Assembly (NCBI RefSeq): GCF_026626665.1
Contig: NZ_JAPNKE010000002.1
Span: 3,629,168 to 3,693,167 of the forward strand
Length of the DNA: 64,000 nt
Source of the DNA: Nannocystis pusilla
GTDB taxonomy: Bacteria; Myxococcota_A; Polyangia; Nannocystales; Nannocystaceae
Direction of reading: 5' to 3'
Shown here: one piece after another, positions 51,400 to 63,100 of the stretch
Position numbering within the stretch: position 1 is the first letter of the stretch
Layout of the letters: every line of letters begins with the position of its first letter
The notes under the pieces: model-generated
Seen by the model: only the letters and a program-made list of their open reading frames with translations
Database searches by the model: none
Told to the model about the DNA's origin: nothing
Position numbers and translations under genes: made by a program

Positions 51400-51433
51400 G
51401 CGTAAGCCGAATTCTTTCTAAAGTTCCGAGCAC

Positions 51434-52519
51434 TTAGGCGTGCTCGGGAGTGCGTCTCCCCGACGTCTCCAACGCGCGAATCGCGCCAGAGCTGCCGCCA
51501 CGGCGGTCAACATAGTCGCTCGCGGTCTGCAGACTCTTGTGGCGGAGGTGGCTAGCGACGGCTGCCACGCCCCCACCGCCCTCCGCGATCCGGGTGCCGC
51601 ACGACTTGCGGAGCACATGAGTGCCACGCCAGGGCAAGCCCGCGCCCTTCACGAGCGCCCTCATCCATTTGTTCATGTTGTTCTCCTTGAAATGGCTCCC
51701 GTTGTTGTCCAGCACGAACGGGCCGAGGGCCGGGAACCCGCGCAAGACCTCAGCGAGGCGCGCCGTGAGGCCGACCTCGTCCTCGGTCCTGCCCTTCGGG
51801 AGGTCCAGCTTACCCCGGACGAGGTTGTGACGGATGGTCATCAGCCCTCGCTTGAGATTGATGTCCGTCTATTTGAGAGCGAGGATTTCTCCACGGCGAA
51901 GACCACCGTCGAGCCCCAACAAGACGATGACGACGAACCTCGGCCCGAGCGCTTGGGCCGCGGCAAGCAGCGCCGCCTGCTCCTGGTCGTCGTACGCGAC
52001 CGCGGGCTTGCGCTTCCGACGAGGAATCTCGAAATCCACCGGAGCGCACTGGATCTCCTTCTCTGCGATGGCCCGGTTGAACAGCCGGCGGAGAGTCTTG
52101 AGCACCTCGCACATCGTGTTGTGCGACTTGCTCACCAGAGACTTCTTGATCGCGGTGATGTCCTTGGGCGTCACCTCGTCGAGGCGCCGCCGAGCCAGTA
52201 CCGGGAGCAGGTACACGCGCAGATGGACGTCGTAGTTCACGAGCGTGTTGGTCCCGAGTCGGTCGGCCTGGCACAGGTCGAGGAAGGTCTTGGCAAACTC
52301 CTCGAACGTCGGGGGTGGCGGCTTCTCGGGCTCGGGCTCGGGCGCGAGGAGTTGAGCGAGGAGCTCCTGCTCGAGCGCCTTGGCCCACCGTTCGGCAGCG
52401 GACCTGCCGGTGACCGGCGCCTTGACTCGTTGGCGGAGCTTGCGCCCCACTGCGTTTTCGACGCGAACGTCAACTTCGAATTCATTCTTCGATCCCTTCC
52501 ACGGGCGCAGCGTGATCAT
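51434..52519 (-). pseudogene. tyrosine recombinase/phage integrase with in-frame TAG (expected TGG, Trp) near 51856
   Basis: ..LLGLDGGLRRGEILALK*(W)TDINLKRGLMTIRHN.. and C-terminus HVLRKSCGTRIAEGGGGVAAVASHLRHKSLQTASDYV. Confidence 0.7.
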
Positions 52520-52691
52520 GGTTGACCTCCCGCGCTCGCACTTTTCGCCGAGAGCCATTGTGCGATGATCCGAGGGTCGAAGCGAATGGTTCGGCCGAGC
52601 CGCACTACCCCAGGTACGCCGCCGCGGGAGACCCTGGCGTAGACGGCTCCTTTGCTCGTGCGGAGCAGTACAGCGAGCTCCTCAACGGTCA
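52516..52691 (-). CDS. excisionase/AlpA-like HTH protein
   Basis: MTVEELAVLLRTSKGAVYARVSRGGVPGVVRLGRTIRFDP; stop overlaps integrase start (ATGA). Confidence 0.5.
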
Positions 52692-52867
52692 TGAGAGGCG
52701 GCGGGAGGTTTTGAGTTTGGCGAGAGCTCACTCCGTCGAAACGTTGTTCGGGGCAGATCCCCTCGGGAATGTTCGCGGTGACCGAGAGAGCCCGACGACC
52801 CCCTATATTATAAGGAAGAGCTCTCGCATTCACTGTCCACCTCATCCGCCCTCAAGAGGGTCGCTCG

Positions 52868-53652
52868 TCAAGAAGTCCGAACGAAGCTGGAAACGCTGGC
52901 GAGGCCGCCCGCCGCTCGCTCGAGCGCCGGAGCGAGCGCCGCGCCCATGCTCGAAAGGCCATGTCCCGCAAGGCGCAGCGTCGTTAGACGGACTGGATAG
53001 CCCATTGCCTGGAAGGTCCGCGCCGTCGCCTGACCAGCGCTGTAGGGGACCACGGGGTCACGCATGCCGTGGACCGCTTCGATCCGCACCTGTCGGGACG
53101 GACGCGGCGGCTTGAAGCTCTCCGGTAACGCACCCGACATGGCGACCACACGATCGACGCGGCCGCTGGTCGCCAACCACCAGGCGATGTGCGCGCCCTG
53201 GCTGTATCCGACGACGATCCGCTCCGTGTAGAGCCGCTGAGTGGCGATCTGGTCCAGCACCGTCACGATCTCGGACGCGGCGCGTGAGACATCGGAGATG
53301 AATGCCGCTGCGTTGTCCTTGTAGCGCGCGCGGAACCACTGAAACCCGCTACCGCTCTTGAGACCACCACGCAGAAACACGAGCCGCATGGGCCGGTTGG
53401 AGAGCACGTACGGCGCGAGCTGCGTCTCGTCTGCGCCGACGCCATGCAAAAACAGCACGAGCGGAGCCTTCGTCCGAGCATCGCCACCTCCGAAGAGGCG
53501 CTCGACCGCGACGCGACCGGGGATCACGAGCGGAACCTGCGTGTCGGGCTCGGGGGGAGAAGCTGCGACTGTTGCGTGACCTGTCGCTTGAGCCAGACCC
53601 CTGCACCGACCACGCCCGCCGCGGCGAGCCCGCCAACAACCATGCGCTTCAT
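52868..53652 (-). CDS. alpha/beta-hydrolase (esterase/phospholipase-like) with signal peptide; frame break in CCCCCC run ~53575
   Basis: MKRMVVGGLAAAGVVGAGVW signal in one frame; LVLFLHGVGADE, GYSQGA (GxSxG) in other. Confidence 0.6.
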
Positions 53653-54079
53653 CATCCACCCCCTACTTGAAGTCCTCGTCGACCTGCACGATCGCGTGGG
53701 CGTCGATCGTCTCGTCGTCGTCGTCGCCCTAGGCGTCGTCCGCTGCGCGTTCCGCCGTTGCCGACACCGCGGCGAGACCGACGAGGACGCTCGCCGCGAA
53801 CCCGCGGTGCAACGCCGTGATCGGCCCCATCGAGCAGGTGTGCGTGTCAGCGATGCCGGCCCACCGCGCACGCGGGTGCAGGGTCGCCGTGAGCGTCCAG
53901 GGCTGAACCGTCACCACGTAGACGTTCTCAACCGTCCCAGCCATGCGCAGGATCTCGTCCATCGCTGCGCCCCTACCTGACAATGTCTTGTGAGACACGG
54001 TCCCCGCGAAGTTTAGAGAGCAGGGCGAGTCCGTGAATCCAGAGCATGAGCAAACCAACCATCCAGAGAAGCGGCAACC

Positions 54080-54450
54080 CGGAGCAATCGAGTAGGCGTT
54101 GTGTGAGCAGGACGAGGTCGTTGGCCGCCGATGCAACGAGTCAGCAACGGCGTAGTCTGGTCGAAAGTCTTGCTGCGCCTGCGGCGGCATCGAGCACCAG
54201 GAGGGTTTTCCAAGAGAGCGGCAGCCCGGAGCAATCGCGTAGGCAGGGTGTGAGCAGGACGAGGTCGTCGGCCATCGATGCGACGAATCAGCAACGGTGT
54301 AGTCCGGTCGAAAGTCTTGCTGTGCCTGCGGCGACCACGAACATCAGGCGCGCCTTCGAAACGAGGAGCAACGAGGAGCCGTCGAGTAGGCGGGATGAGA
54401 GCGGGTCGAGATCGTCGGCCGGCGATGCGACGAGTCAGCAACGGTGTAGC
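54080..54450. repeat. ~3 tandem copies of a ~125-bp unit; lower GC
   Basis: repeated CGGAGCAATCG.GTAGGC..GTGTGAGCAGGACGAGGTCGT.GGCC..CGATGCRACGAGTCAGCAACGG.GTAG.C.GRTCGAAAGTCTTGCTG. Confidence 0.7.
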
Positions 54451-54499
54451 CCGATCGAAATCCTTGCTTCGCCGGGTTCGATGCCCCGCGAAGAGCACC

Positions 54500-56080
54500 T
54501 GAGGGTGGAGTTCTACCTGGAATCGGGCGATGCAACGGAGGCATGGACCTGATGGCGACTCAAGCACGAGAGCCTAACCCCGAGACCGCCGAGAAGACGC
54601 CGCGACGCCGCTTCACGCCCGCGTACAAGTTGAAGATCCTCGCGCAGACCGACCACGCGAGCGAGGGACAGATCGGCGCCATCCTGCGCAAGGAGGGCCT
54701 GTACAGCTCGCTGTTGTCGACCTGGAGGCGCCAGCGGGACGAGGGTACCCTGGGGGCGTTGAAGCCGAAGAAGCGTGGACCGAAGCCGAAGCAGGACCCC
54801 GAGCAGAAAGAACTGGAGCGCCTGCGCCGCCGGGTGGCGCAGCTCGAGCACAAGCTCGAGACGGCGGAGCTGATCATCGACGTCCAAAAAAGTCTCGCAA
54901 TTGCTCGGGATCCCGCTCGCGACGATCGAGCCGTCCGAGAAGACCTGATCGCGCAGGCGGGCGAGCTGTCTGAGAGGACAGGTCTGCGGCAGGCGTGCGA
55001 GGCGCTGGGCGTCTCGCGCGCCACCGTGTACCGCCGTCGCCGCCCCGCGCCGGTGAAGTCGCCGAGACCGCGGAGGACGCCGCGAGCGCTGAGCCCTGGA
55101 GAGCGCCAGGAGGTGCTGGAGATGCTGCACAGCGAGCGCTTCGTCGACAAGGCGCCCGAGGTCATCGTGGCGCTCCTGCTCGACGAGGGGCGCTGGGTGT
55201 GCAGCGCGCGGACGATGTATCGCCTGCTCGCGCAGGATGGCGAGGTCCGGGAGCGCCGGCAGCAGCGGCGGCACACCGAGTACAAGCGCCCCGAGCTGCT
55301 GGCGACCGCGCCGAACCAGGTGTGGTCGTGGGACGTCACCTGGCTGCGAGGACCGACCCGGGGCCAATACTACTACCTGTACGTCCTGCTCGACATCTAC
55401 AGCCGCTGCGTCGTCGGCTGGACCCTGGCGCACCGCGAGAGCGCCGACCTCGCCGCGCGCCTGCTCCGCACCACCTACGACAAACAACAATTAGACCTGA
55501 TCAATTGACCATTCACGCCGATCGCGGCGCCGTCCAGACGTCCCGCGAGCTCGCCGACCTCTACCAAGCCCTGGGCGCCCGCCGCTCGCACAGCCGGCCC
55601 CACGTCAGCGACGACAATCCCTACTCCGAGGCCCACTTCAAGACCCTCAAGTACACCCACGACTACCCCGACCGCTTCGCCTCCTACGACGAAGCACACA
55701 CCTTCTGCGCCCGCTTCATCGACGGCTACAACCACCACCACCGTCACTCCGGCATCGCCTTCCTCGCCCCCGCGGACGTGCATTACGGCCGCACCGAGGC
55801 CGTCCTGTCCGTCCGGACTGCCGCCCTCCACGCCGCCTACGCCGCCCACCCGGAGCGCTTCGTCCATGGAAGACCCACGCCGCACCGGCCTGCCGCCGCG
55901 GTCTACATCAACCCTCCGGGCCGCCCCGAGCGCGGCCCTCGCGAGTACGAAGTCCATGTCCTTACGGACAGGTGCATCGCGATGGATCCACCTTCGGAGC
56001 ACCTCTCCGGTGAAATCTCACATTCACTAAACCTGATCAGCACCGTGTCTCAAAGTCATTGACAGGCTCCGTCCCGCCGT
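54500..56080 (+). mobile_element. IS3-family insertion sequence (boundaries approximate)
   Basis: OrfA-like HTH/leucine zipper, A6G slippery heptamer at 54889-54895, OrfB DDE domain; low-GC termini. Confidence 0.75.
54543..56062 (+). CDS. IS3-family transposase OrfA-OrfB (orfA and orfB N-part share one frame here; further shift ~55495)
   Basis: ..KPKKRGPKPK..LERLRRRVAQLEHKLETAELIIDVQKK; ..QVWSWDVTWL..YYLYVLLDIYSRCVVGW..IHADRGAVQTS..HVSDDNPYSEAHFKTLKY. Confidence 0.85.
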
Positions 56081-56204
56081 CTTGGAGCGCCCTCTCGCAG
56101 AGGAGTCGCTCGGCGGCGTGGAGGTCAAAGCTCTCGAGGACGATCGGGGTCAGCAGCTTCTCGGTCATGCAAACCAAGACTCTTGAGCAAGCCGACCGAT
56201 TCGG

Positions 56205-56720
56205 GTGAGCGGCGCGCGAACGCTCACGAACTCGGGCGGCATCGAGCATCGCCGCCAGAACGAGAGGTCTCTCATCTGCAGACAGCCCCCCACATCCGAG
56301 GGGGAAATCCCTATCATCGCCGGCCGGATGTTCGACGAGGAGGCTGAAGTACGACTCGGCTTGGGACAACGCGTGCTGCTGGTGCGGCGCACGGCGCTCC
56401 ATCGGCCCTCCTCGAACGGTTCGGTTGAAATCCGCCGCAACCGAGAGGTGATCTCTGTGGCGTCGCATCGGGTGCATGCGATCACGCCGACCCTGGCTGT
56501 GTCGCTCGCCCGAGAACTGCTGCGCCCCGACGTGATGGGCTTCGGCACGGGTTTCTTGGGGGACCTGACCATGCGGTACGGCTTCGATCGACGGCAGCAG
56601 GGTCTCGAGCATCTCCTGACTAGCTCCTTCCTGATGATCGAGCTCGAGGACGAGCGCGGGCGATGGGGGGTCCTGCGGTTCAGACGCGGCGGCAGGAAGC
56701 AGAGCCCGAGATCCGCATGA
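56205..56720 (+). CDS. hypothetical protein (first of three translationally coupled ORFs)
   Basis: 171 aa, GC3-biased frame; stop overlaps next start (ATGA). Confidence 0.35.
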   Translation: MSGARTLTNSGGIEHRRQNERSLICRQPPTSEGEIPIIAGRMFDEEAEVRLGLGQRVLLVRRTALHRPSSNGSVEIRRNREVISVASHRVHAITPTLAVSLARELLRPDVMGFGTGFLGDLTMRYGFDRRQQGLEHLLTSSFLMIELEDERGRWGVLRFRRGGRKQSPRSA

Positions 56721-56926
56721 AGCCGCTGACTTGGGTCGCGTTGAGCGTCGTGGACGACGAAGAACCTGCGCGGCCGCTGCCAAAGCTGCGCTTCCAGATG
56801 CGCTTGCCGGACGGTTCTACTCGGACCGGTGCACTCGATGGGCAAGGCTACGTCCTTGTCGAGGACATCGACCCGGGTCGGTGCTGGGTCGAGCTCAAGG
56901 ACATTCGGCGAGGCTTCACACGATGA
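56717..56926 (+). CDS. small hypothetical protein
   Basis: MKPLTWVALSVVDDEEPARPLPKLRFQMRLPDGSTRTGALDGQGYVLVEDIDPGRCWVELKDI; ATGA overlap both sides. Confidence 0.4.
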   Translation: MKPLTWVALSVVDDEEPARPLPKLRFQMRLPDGSTRTGALDGQGYVLVEDIDPGRCWVELKDIRRGFTR

Positions 56927-57330
56927 CCGCGCGCACGATCAAAGTCCGGGCGCGCCTCGACGGTTCGCTCGACTTGTTCCCTCTCGACACCGGCGCCGAG
57001 ACTCGGATCGTCGTGCAGCGCCCCAACTGCACATCCTCGAGGTCGCGCGGTTCTCGTTCTTCGAGGACCGCGAGATCTTGCTGCCGGACGTCGAGCGCCT
57101 GGCACCCGACGAGCCCGGTCCTGATCGGGTCCCGGGCATCGAGGTCGCCGCCGCAGCTCTGCGGTTTCTCTACGAGCACCAGGACAAGAAGCTGCTCGTC
57201 GTGGGGCACACCGACACTGTCGGCTCCAAGAAGGACAACAAGACGCTGTCCGAGGACCGGGCCAAGAACGTCTGGTTCTACCTCTCCGGCGACATCGACG
57301 GCTGGGCGGCGCACTCTCTCAAGAAACGGC
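56923..57330 (+). CDS. OmpA/MotB-like peptidoglycan-binding domain protein, frame break ~57030 and 3' end truncated at IS110
   Basis: ..FFEDREILLPDVERLAPDEP..ALRFLYEHQDKKLLVVGHTDTVGSKKDNKTLSEDRAKNVWFYLSGD.. then no canonical OmpA C-terminal end. Confidence 0.5.
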
Positions 57331-57339
57331 CCTCTCCGC

Positions 57340-58960
57340 GCGGCCTGGGCCTGGGTTCACGGGACGTCTGTTCGTCGCGCGGCCCGGGCTTTGCGGGGGC
57401 GGGGTTGTCAGGCCGCCGGGCGCATCTCGACCTCGTAGCCGAGGTCGCGGATGCGGCGAACGAGGCGGGACGCAGCGCGCTCGCGGTCGTGGCGGTTGAA
57501 ATGTTCGGCGCCGAGGTCGCGGTAAGGTTCCCCGTCACGGAGCATCCCGTGGACCGCGGTGAGGATCGCGGCGGCGACGGCGGCGATCGCCTTCTTCTTG
57601 CCCTGTCGCGCTCGGACGCGATGAAAGAGCGCGCAGAGGTAGCCTTCCTTGCGGATGCCGGACCATGCGCTTTGGATGAGGATCGTCTTGAGCCACGCAT
57701 TGCCCTTGCGCATGCGGTTGGAGCGGCGCTTGCCGGCGCTCTCGTCCATGCGGGGGCACAGGCCTGCCCACGAGCGCAGATGGCCTGCGGAACGGAAGCG
57801 GCTCATATCGACGCCGACCTCGGCGATGATGGTCTGCGCGGCCGTCGGTCCGACTCCAGGGATCGTCTGGAGTAGCTCGACGGCCTTAGCAAAAGGGCGC
57901 AGCTCTTCCTCGATCCGCTTCTCGAGTTCAGCGATCGATGCCTGCAGCGAGTCGATGAGCCGGAGGTGGGTCGAGATGAGCATGCGGTGATGATCGCGCA
58001 CGCGGCCGCGGAGCGCTTCCATGAGCTTGCCGCGCTTGCCCTTCAGCGTCCCGCGAGCGAGGCCGGCGAGCTTCACGGGATCGGACTCGCCCGCAACCAT
58101 CGCCTCGAGCATCGCCCGCCCGCTCTTGCCGAGAATGTTGGAGGCGACCGAGGCGAGCTTGATGTTGCAGGTCTCCAGCACCTTCTGGATCCGCTGTGTA
58201 TGCTCGACGACCTCGCGCGAGAGCTGCTTGCGCGTCCGGGTCAGATCCCGCAGATCTGCGATCGGCTCGGGGGGCACGAAGCTCGCGCGCACGAGCCCGT
58301 GCGCGATCAAGTCCGCGAGCCACATCGCGTCGTTCATGTCGGTCTTGCGACCAGGCACGTTGCGAACCTCGTGCGCGTTCGCCAGCACCAGTTCGACACG
58401 ACCCGCGAGGAGTTGCCAGACGGGCTTCCAGTACACGCCGGTCGCTTCGATGACTGCGATCGTACAGCCGCTGTCCTCGAGCCAGTCCCCGAGCCGAATC
58501 AACTCCGAGGTCATCGTGCCGAAGGTCCGGACCTCCCGGTCGACCTTGTTGCCCTTCATGCGTCGCACGCAGACAACGATGCTGTCCTTGTGGACATCCA
58601 TGCCTGCACAAGTCCCGTACATCACTTCCATGGCGATCCTCCGTGAAGAACGCCGGCATGAGGGCCCCTAACTCGAAGTCTCTCAAACGCGCTCCAGCAG
58701 GTCCAAGGACCTCCTGCTCGCAACCAAGGGTGCTCACGGGCCCTCCGGTCCAACTCAGAAACGGGCTCACCCTGCACCAGTGCGTGAACGACCTCTTCGC
58801 CGGCATTCGCGGCGAAATACTCCGCCGCGCGAAACCGCGCAATGCCCGCCAAGGCCCCTCCGGGGGGCCCAGGGCCGTTTCATCCCCGCGGGTCGGCGCC
58901 AGCCGGTGGAAACTCAGAGGGTGGCGACACCGCGGGGTAGAGCTCTTTCCAGCGCTTGAC
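57340..58960 (-). mobile_element. IS110-family insertion sequence (boundaries approximate)
   Basis: contains IS110 transposase 57408..58631. Confidence 0.7.
57408..58631 (-). CDS. IS110-family transposase
   Basis: MEVMYGTCAGMDVHKDSIVVCV..IAVIEATGVYW..(DEDD N-domain) and ..IPGVGPTAAQTIIAEVG..RSAGHLRSWAGLCP.. C-domain. Confidence 0.9.
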   Translation of the reverse strand: MEVMYGTCAGMDVHKDSIVVCVRRMKGNKVDREVRTFGTMTSELIRLGDWLEDSGCTIAVIEATGVYWKPVWQLLAGRVELVLANAHEVRNVPGRKTDMNDAMWLADLIAHGLVRASFVPPEPIADLRDLTRTRKQLSREVVEHTQRIQKVLETCNIKLASVASNILGKSGRAMLEAMVAGESDPVKLAGLARGTLKGKRGKLMEALRGRVRDHHRMLISTHLRLIDSLQASIAELEKRIEEELRPFAKAVELLQTIPGVGPTAAQTIIAEVGVDMSRFRSAGHLRSWAGLCPRMDESAGKRRSNRMRKGNAWLKTILIQSAWSGIRKEGYLCALFHRVRARQGKKKAIAAVAAAILTAVHGMLRDGEPYRDLGAEHFNRHDRERAASRLVRRIRDLGYEVEMRPAA

Positions 58961-59143
58961 CTGCTTGTCAGTCGGCTGTCCCCCTCGACCAATGCCATGC
59001 CGGATGCACACGGCTCGCCAGCCTTGGCCGGCTCAGCCTCGGACGCCCGCACTTCTGCCTTGTCTGACCCCACGTCCGGCTGAGACGTTGAAGCCTGGGG
59101 TTGCACGGGTGCTTTCTGCGGCTCGCGGCAGGAAACGAGCGAA

Positions 59144-60081
59144 GTGGACGCCATCAAGGCTATTGAAAAACGAAGTCCTCTCACCGGCCCACATGCTAAC
59201 CCAGCTTCTGACCGGCACACAGCGTCGACGAAGAGGTGGGACCGTAGCGCGTCGAGCCCGGGCCGGCCTCGCGTCGTATCCTTCGTCGCGCTCGGCGGCG
59301 AAGGTAAGACGGCACGACCAAGTGCGCTTTGAGGAGGCGGACGTTGAGGAGCAGGGCGGGCATGCGTTCCTGGTAATGGACCGCTACGTGGCATGGTTCG
59401 AGGCCGACGAGGCGGGCCGGCAGGCGATGGCGCTGCTCCGTCTGATGGGCCTCTTCGATCGGCCGGCGGCCGACCCTGTCTTCACATCGCTGCTGGCGGA
59501 GCCTGTTATCGTAGGGTGGACCGAGGCAGCGGCCGGCCTGAGCGAGGTGCAGCGCAACGTGGCGCTCAAGCGCTTGAAGGCCGTGCAGTTGCTGACTGTG
59601 GAGCGCGAGGGCCAGACGCAAGTCGCCTACGACGCCCACCCGCTGGTGCGCGAATACTTCGCCCAGCGGCTTCAGGAGACCCGCGGCGAGGCGTGGCGGG
59701 CGGGGCACCGCCGGCTCTTCGAGTATCTGCGTGCCTCGGTGGCACCAACCGGCGACCCTCAAGGGGCTGCAGCCGCTCTACCAGGCGGTGGCTCACGGCT
59801 GCTTGGCGGGGCTGGACCGCGCGGCCTGCGACGAGGTGCACAACGACCGCATTCTCCGCGGGACGGGCCCTGGCGGCTTCTACAGCGTTAAAATGCTCGG
59901 TGCGATCGGTGTCTCGCTGGGCGCGGTCGCCAGCTTCTTCGACCCGCCGTGGCGCCGCCCGAGTCCGTCGCTTGAATCGGCTGCTCGGGGTGAGCTCGGG
60001 CGCGCCAATGTGCTCGCCGTCCCCCGCGGCGATGCAGATAGGCCGGACATCCACGCCACACACGTTGGCATCCTCATCTGA
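59144..60081 (+). pseudogene. degraded NB-ARC/STAND NTPase remnant (Walker A then internal deletions and frame shifts)
   Basis: VVSFVALGGEGKTA (P-loop), ..LLRLMGLFDRPAADPV.., ..LQPLYQAVAHGCLAGLDRAACDEVHNDRILRG..GFYSVKMLGAIG.. in three frames. Confidence 0.5.
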
Positions 60082-60156
60082 AGAGGAGAAGGAAGGCCCA
60101 TCCACTTGTGAGATGCGGCACACTCGCCGTGGCGTTATGATGATGCGCCCGCGTCC

Positions 60157-63100
60157 ATGGCCACAGAGCAGCAGCTCGCCCTTGTCGATGCGCTCGAGCG
60201 CCACAAGCTGCTCGTGTGCGTCGGGCCGCTCGTGCCGATGGCGGCCGGGCTGCCGGGACTCCGCGATCTGATCGAGCGCTGTCGACTGCGGCTCGTGGAG
60301 CTCGGGCACCACGAGCCGGACCTATCGGGGTCCTTCGCGGACGCGCTCGAGCACGCTGAGCGTCTAATCGGCAGCGCCCCGTTCACGAGCCTCGTGCGTG
60401 CGGCCTGGGAGCCCGTGGTGCCGGTACCGGTGCCGGCGTCGGCGCAGGCGTTGGTCGGGTTGTCGACAGGCCTGAACGCGCTCGTCACCACCAACCTCGA
60501 CCGACTGCTCGAGCGTGCCTTCGAGGGCCGCTGGCACACCATCGAGGAGTTCACTCCGGACCTGGCCAAACGGACACGTGTGATCTTCAAGGTCCGCGGG
60601 ACAGTCGGCCAGTCGACCACGTGGAGGCTGACGGCTCGGCAGCAAGCCAACGACCACCTCGCCGACGCTCCGCGCCGGCACGCGTTGGCGGCGCTGCTGC
60701 GGAACCATGTCGTGCTGTTTGTCGGCTTCGCGCCGGACGACGAGGCACTCTCAGAGTTACTCGACGTCCGCGGGCATCCGGTCGCCGACGAGCGCCGTCG
60801 AGCGACTGAGACCTCGCACCCCGACGTCGCGCTGGTGCCCGCAGCGACCCTGCGCGAGCGGGCCGCGCTCGGCGCTCGCGGCGTCGAGGTGGTGCCCCTC
60901 GCCGGCGAGTACGACGCCGCGGCCGCGGCCTACCTGCAGACGCTCGCCGACGAACTCGGGCGCCGCACCCATCGGCCCGTACCGACCGTGGCGGCCGAAG
61001 TCGACGCGGCCGAGCCGGACGAGGAGAACCCGTACCCCGGCCTTCAACCCTTCACCGCCAGAAACCGCCGCTACTTCTTCGGCCGCGAGGAGGACCTGTC
61101 GCGCGTGGTTGCCCAACTCGGGCAGACCGGCAGGACCTCGCACTCGTGGCTGCTGGTCGACGGACCGAGTGGGGTCGGCAAGTCATCGCTGCTGCAGGCG
61201 GGCCTGTTGCCGGCGCTGGAGCAAGGCGAGCTGCAAATCCTGGCCGTGCCGCGGGCCTGGCGAACCGTCACCCTGCGACCCGGCCCCGCACCGGTGGTCG
61301 AGCTCGCCAACCAGTTCCATCGCGCGCTCATCGGCGACGGCCTATGCGACCTGACGGCAAGCGCGCTCGGGGCCGCGGTCCAGCACCGGGCCGCGGCGCT
61401 CGTTGAGTTCGTCGCGGCGTGCCTGCCCGCGAGCGACGGCCTCGTGCTGCTCGTCGACCAGCTTGAGGAGGCCCTGCTCGTACCCGACGCCGGCGCACGC
61501 GAGGGCTTCGCCGCGGCGCTTGCCGAGTTGCTCATGCGCTCGCCCCGACCGCTGCTGCTCATCACCGCGCTGCGCAGCGACTTCTTGGGCGACCTGCCGC
61601 GCCTGCCGGCCCTGTACGAGCGCATAACGAGCACGAGCCCGCCGGCTCGCTACACCCTGGCGACATTGAGGTCGGCGCAGCTCGCCGCGGCGATCGAGCA
61701 CCCAGCCCGCAAGGCGCGCGCTGAGCTCGAGCCGGGCCTCGCCGCGCGCGTCCTCGCCGACGCCGGAAACATCGAGCGCGGCGGAGGTGAAGACGCGACG
61801 CCCGAGACGGCCCTGCCGCTGGTCGCCGCGGTAATGACGAGCCTGTACGACCAGCGCGCCGGACGGCACCTGACCCACGCGCAATACGAGGCGCTTGGCG
61901 GCGTCGCCGGCGCACTGACCGGGCGTGCCGACGAGGCCCTCGTACCGCTGCGCTCGAGGGTTGCCGAGGCCGAGCTGTGGACCTTCTTCCGCCAATTCGT
62001 TGCGGCCGACTCGCAGGGACGTATGACCCGGCGCTCGGTGCCGCGGACCGACGCCCTGACCCCGCTCGGTGGTGGCCTGGCTGCCGAGAACCTGCTCGCC
62101 CACCTGACCGGCAGCGCGCGGTCGATGCGGCTAATCATCGTCCGCGCCGAGGGCGACGGCCGGCGCGTCGACCTCGCCCATGACGCGCTCTTACGGAATT
62201 GGAAATGGCTGCGCGACCACATCGACCGCGACCGTGTTGAGGTGCTGCGGGAGTCGGAGCTCGCGCAGGCTGCCGCGCGTTGGGACCGACTCGGCCGCCC
62301 CCGCGACGGCCTGCCGAGCGGCGCCGAGGCAAAGTATTTCCTGCGCGCTAGCACCGTTGCCGGTTCGCTGCCGAGGGCATATCAAGACGCCCTGCGCGCG
62401 CACATGCGACGGCGCCGTCGCGCTGGTCTTGCGGTCATCGCCGTGCTGGCAAGCGGCGTGTTGACGTTGGCCGGGGTCAGCGTCTACGCGTGGAAGCAGC
62501 GCGGCGAGACACTGGCGAAGACACAGCTCGCCGAGGAGTGGCTCGACGCAGCGAACTCCATCTCCCTGGAGGAGCGCGGGAGCATGGAGGAGAGCGCGGG
62601 CAACCTCGCCGCCGCCCGCGGCCACTTCGAACGTTCCGTCAAGGCACGCGAACTGCTGGCTGCCGCCGACCCGACCGGCGCCCAGGCCCAGCGCGCTCTC
62701 TCCATCGCCCTGGAGAGGCTTGGGAACCTGGAAGTGCAGGCGGGCAACCTCGTAGCCGCCCGCGGCTACTTCGAGCGTTCCGTCAAGGCCCGCGAAGTGC
62801 TGGCCACCACCGACCCGACCAGCAATCGGGTTCAGAGCGACCTCTCTGAATCTCTGGAGAGGCTCGGGGACGTGGAGGTGCAGGCGGGCAACCTTATCGC
62901 CGCACGCGGCCTCTTCGAACGGTCCGTCAAGGCCCGCGAGATGCAGGCTGCCGATCTGACCGGTATCCAGGACCAGTTCGAGTTCCAGTGGGCCTTGGGC
63001 GGCCTCTCCATCTCCCTGCTCAAGCTCGGGGAGGTGGAGGTACAGGCGGGCAACCTCGTCGCCGCCCGCGGCCACTTCGACCGTTCCCTCAAGATCGCCG

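Noticed and set aside
51399-51440. tRNA as integration site next to integrase
   Set aside because: No cloverleaf-compatible sequence in the 35-bp gap or flanking 150 bp; none recognised elsewhere in the window.
58956-59891. 311-aa ORF treated as an intact gene
   Set aside because: Only a short middle segment is NB-ARC-like; Walker A and C-terminal helical part are in other frames, so it is called a degraded remnant instead.
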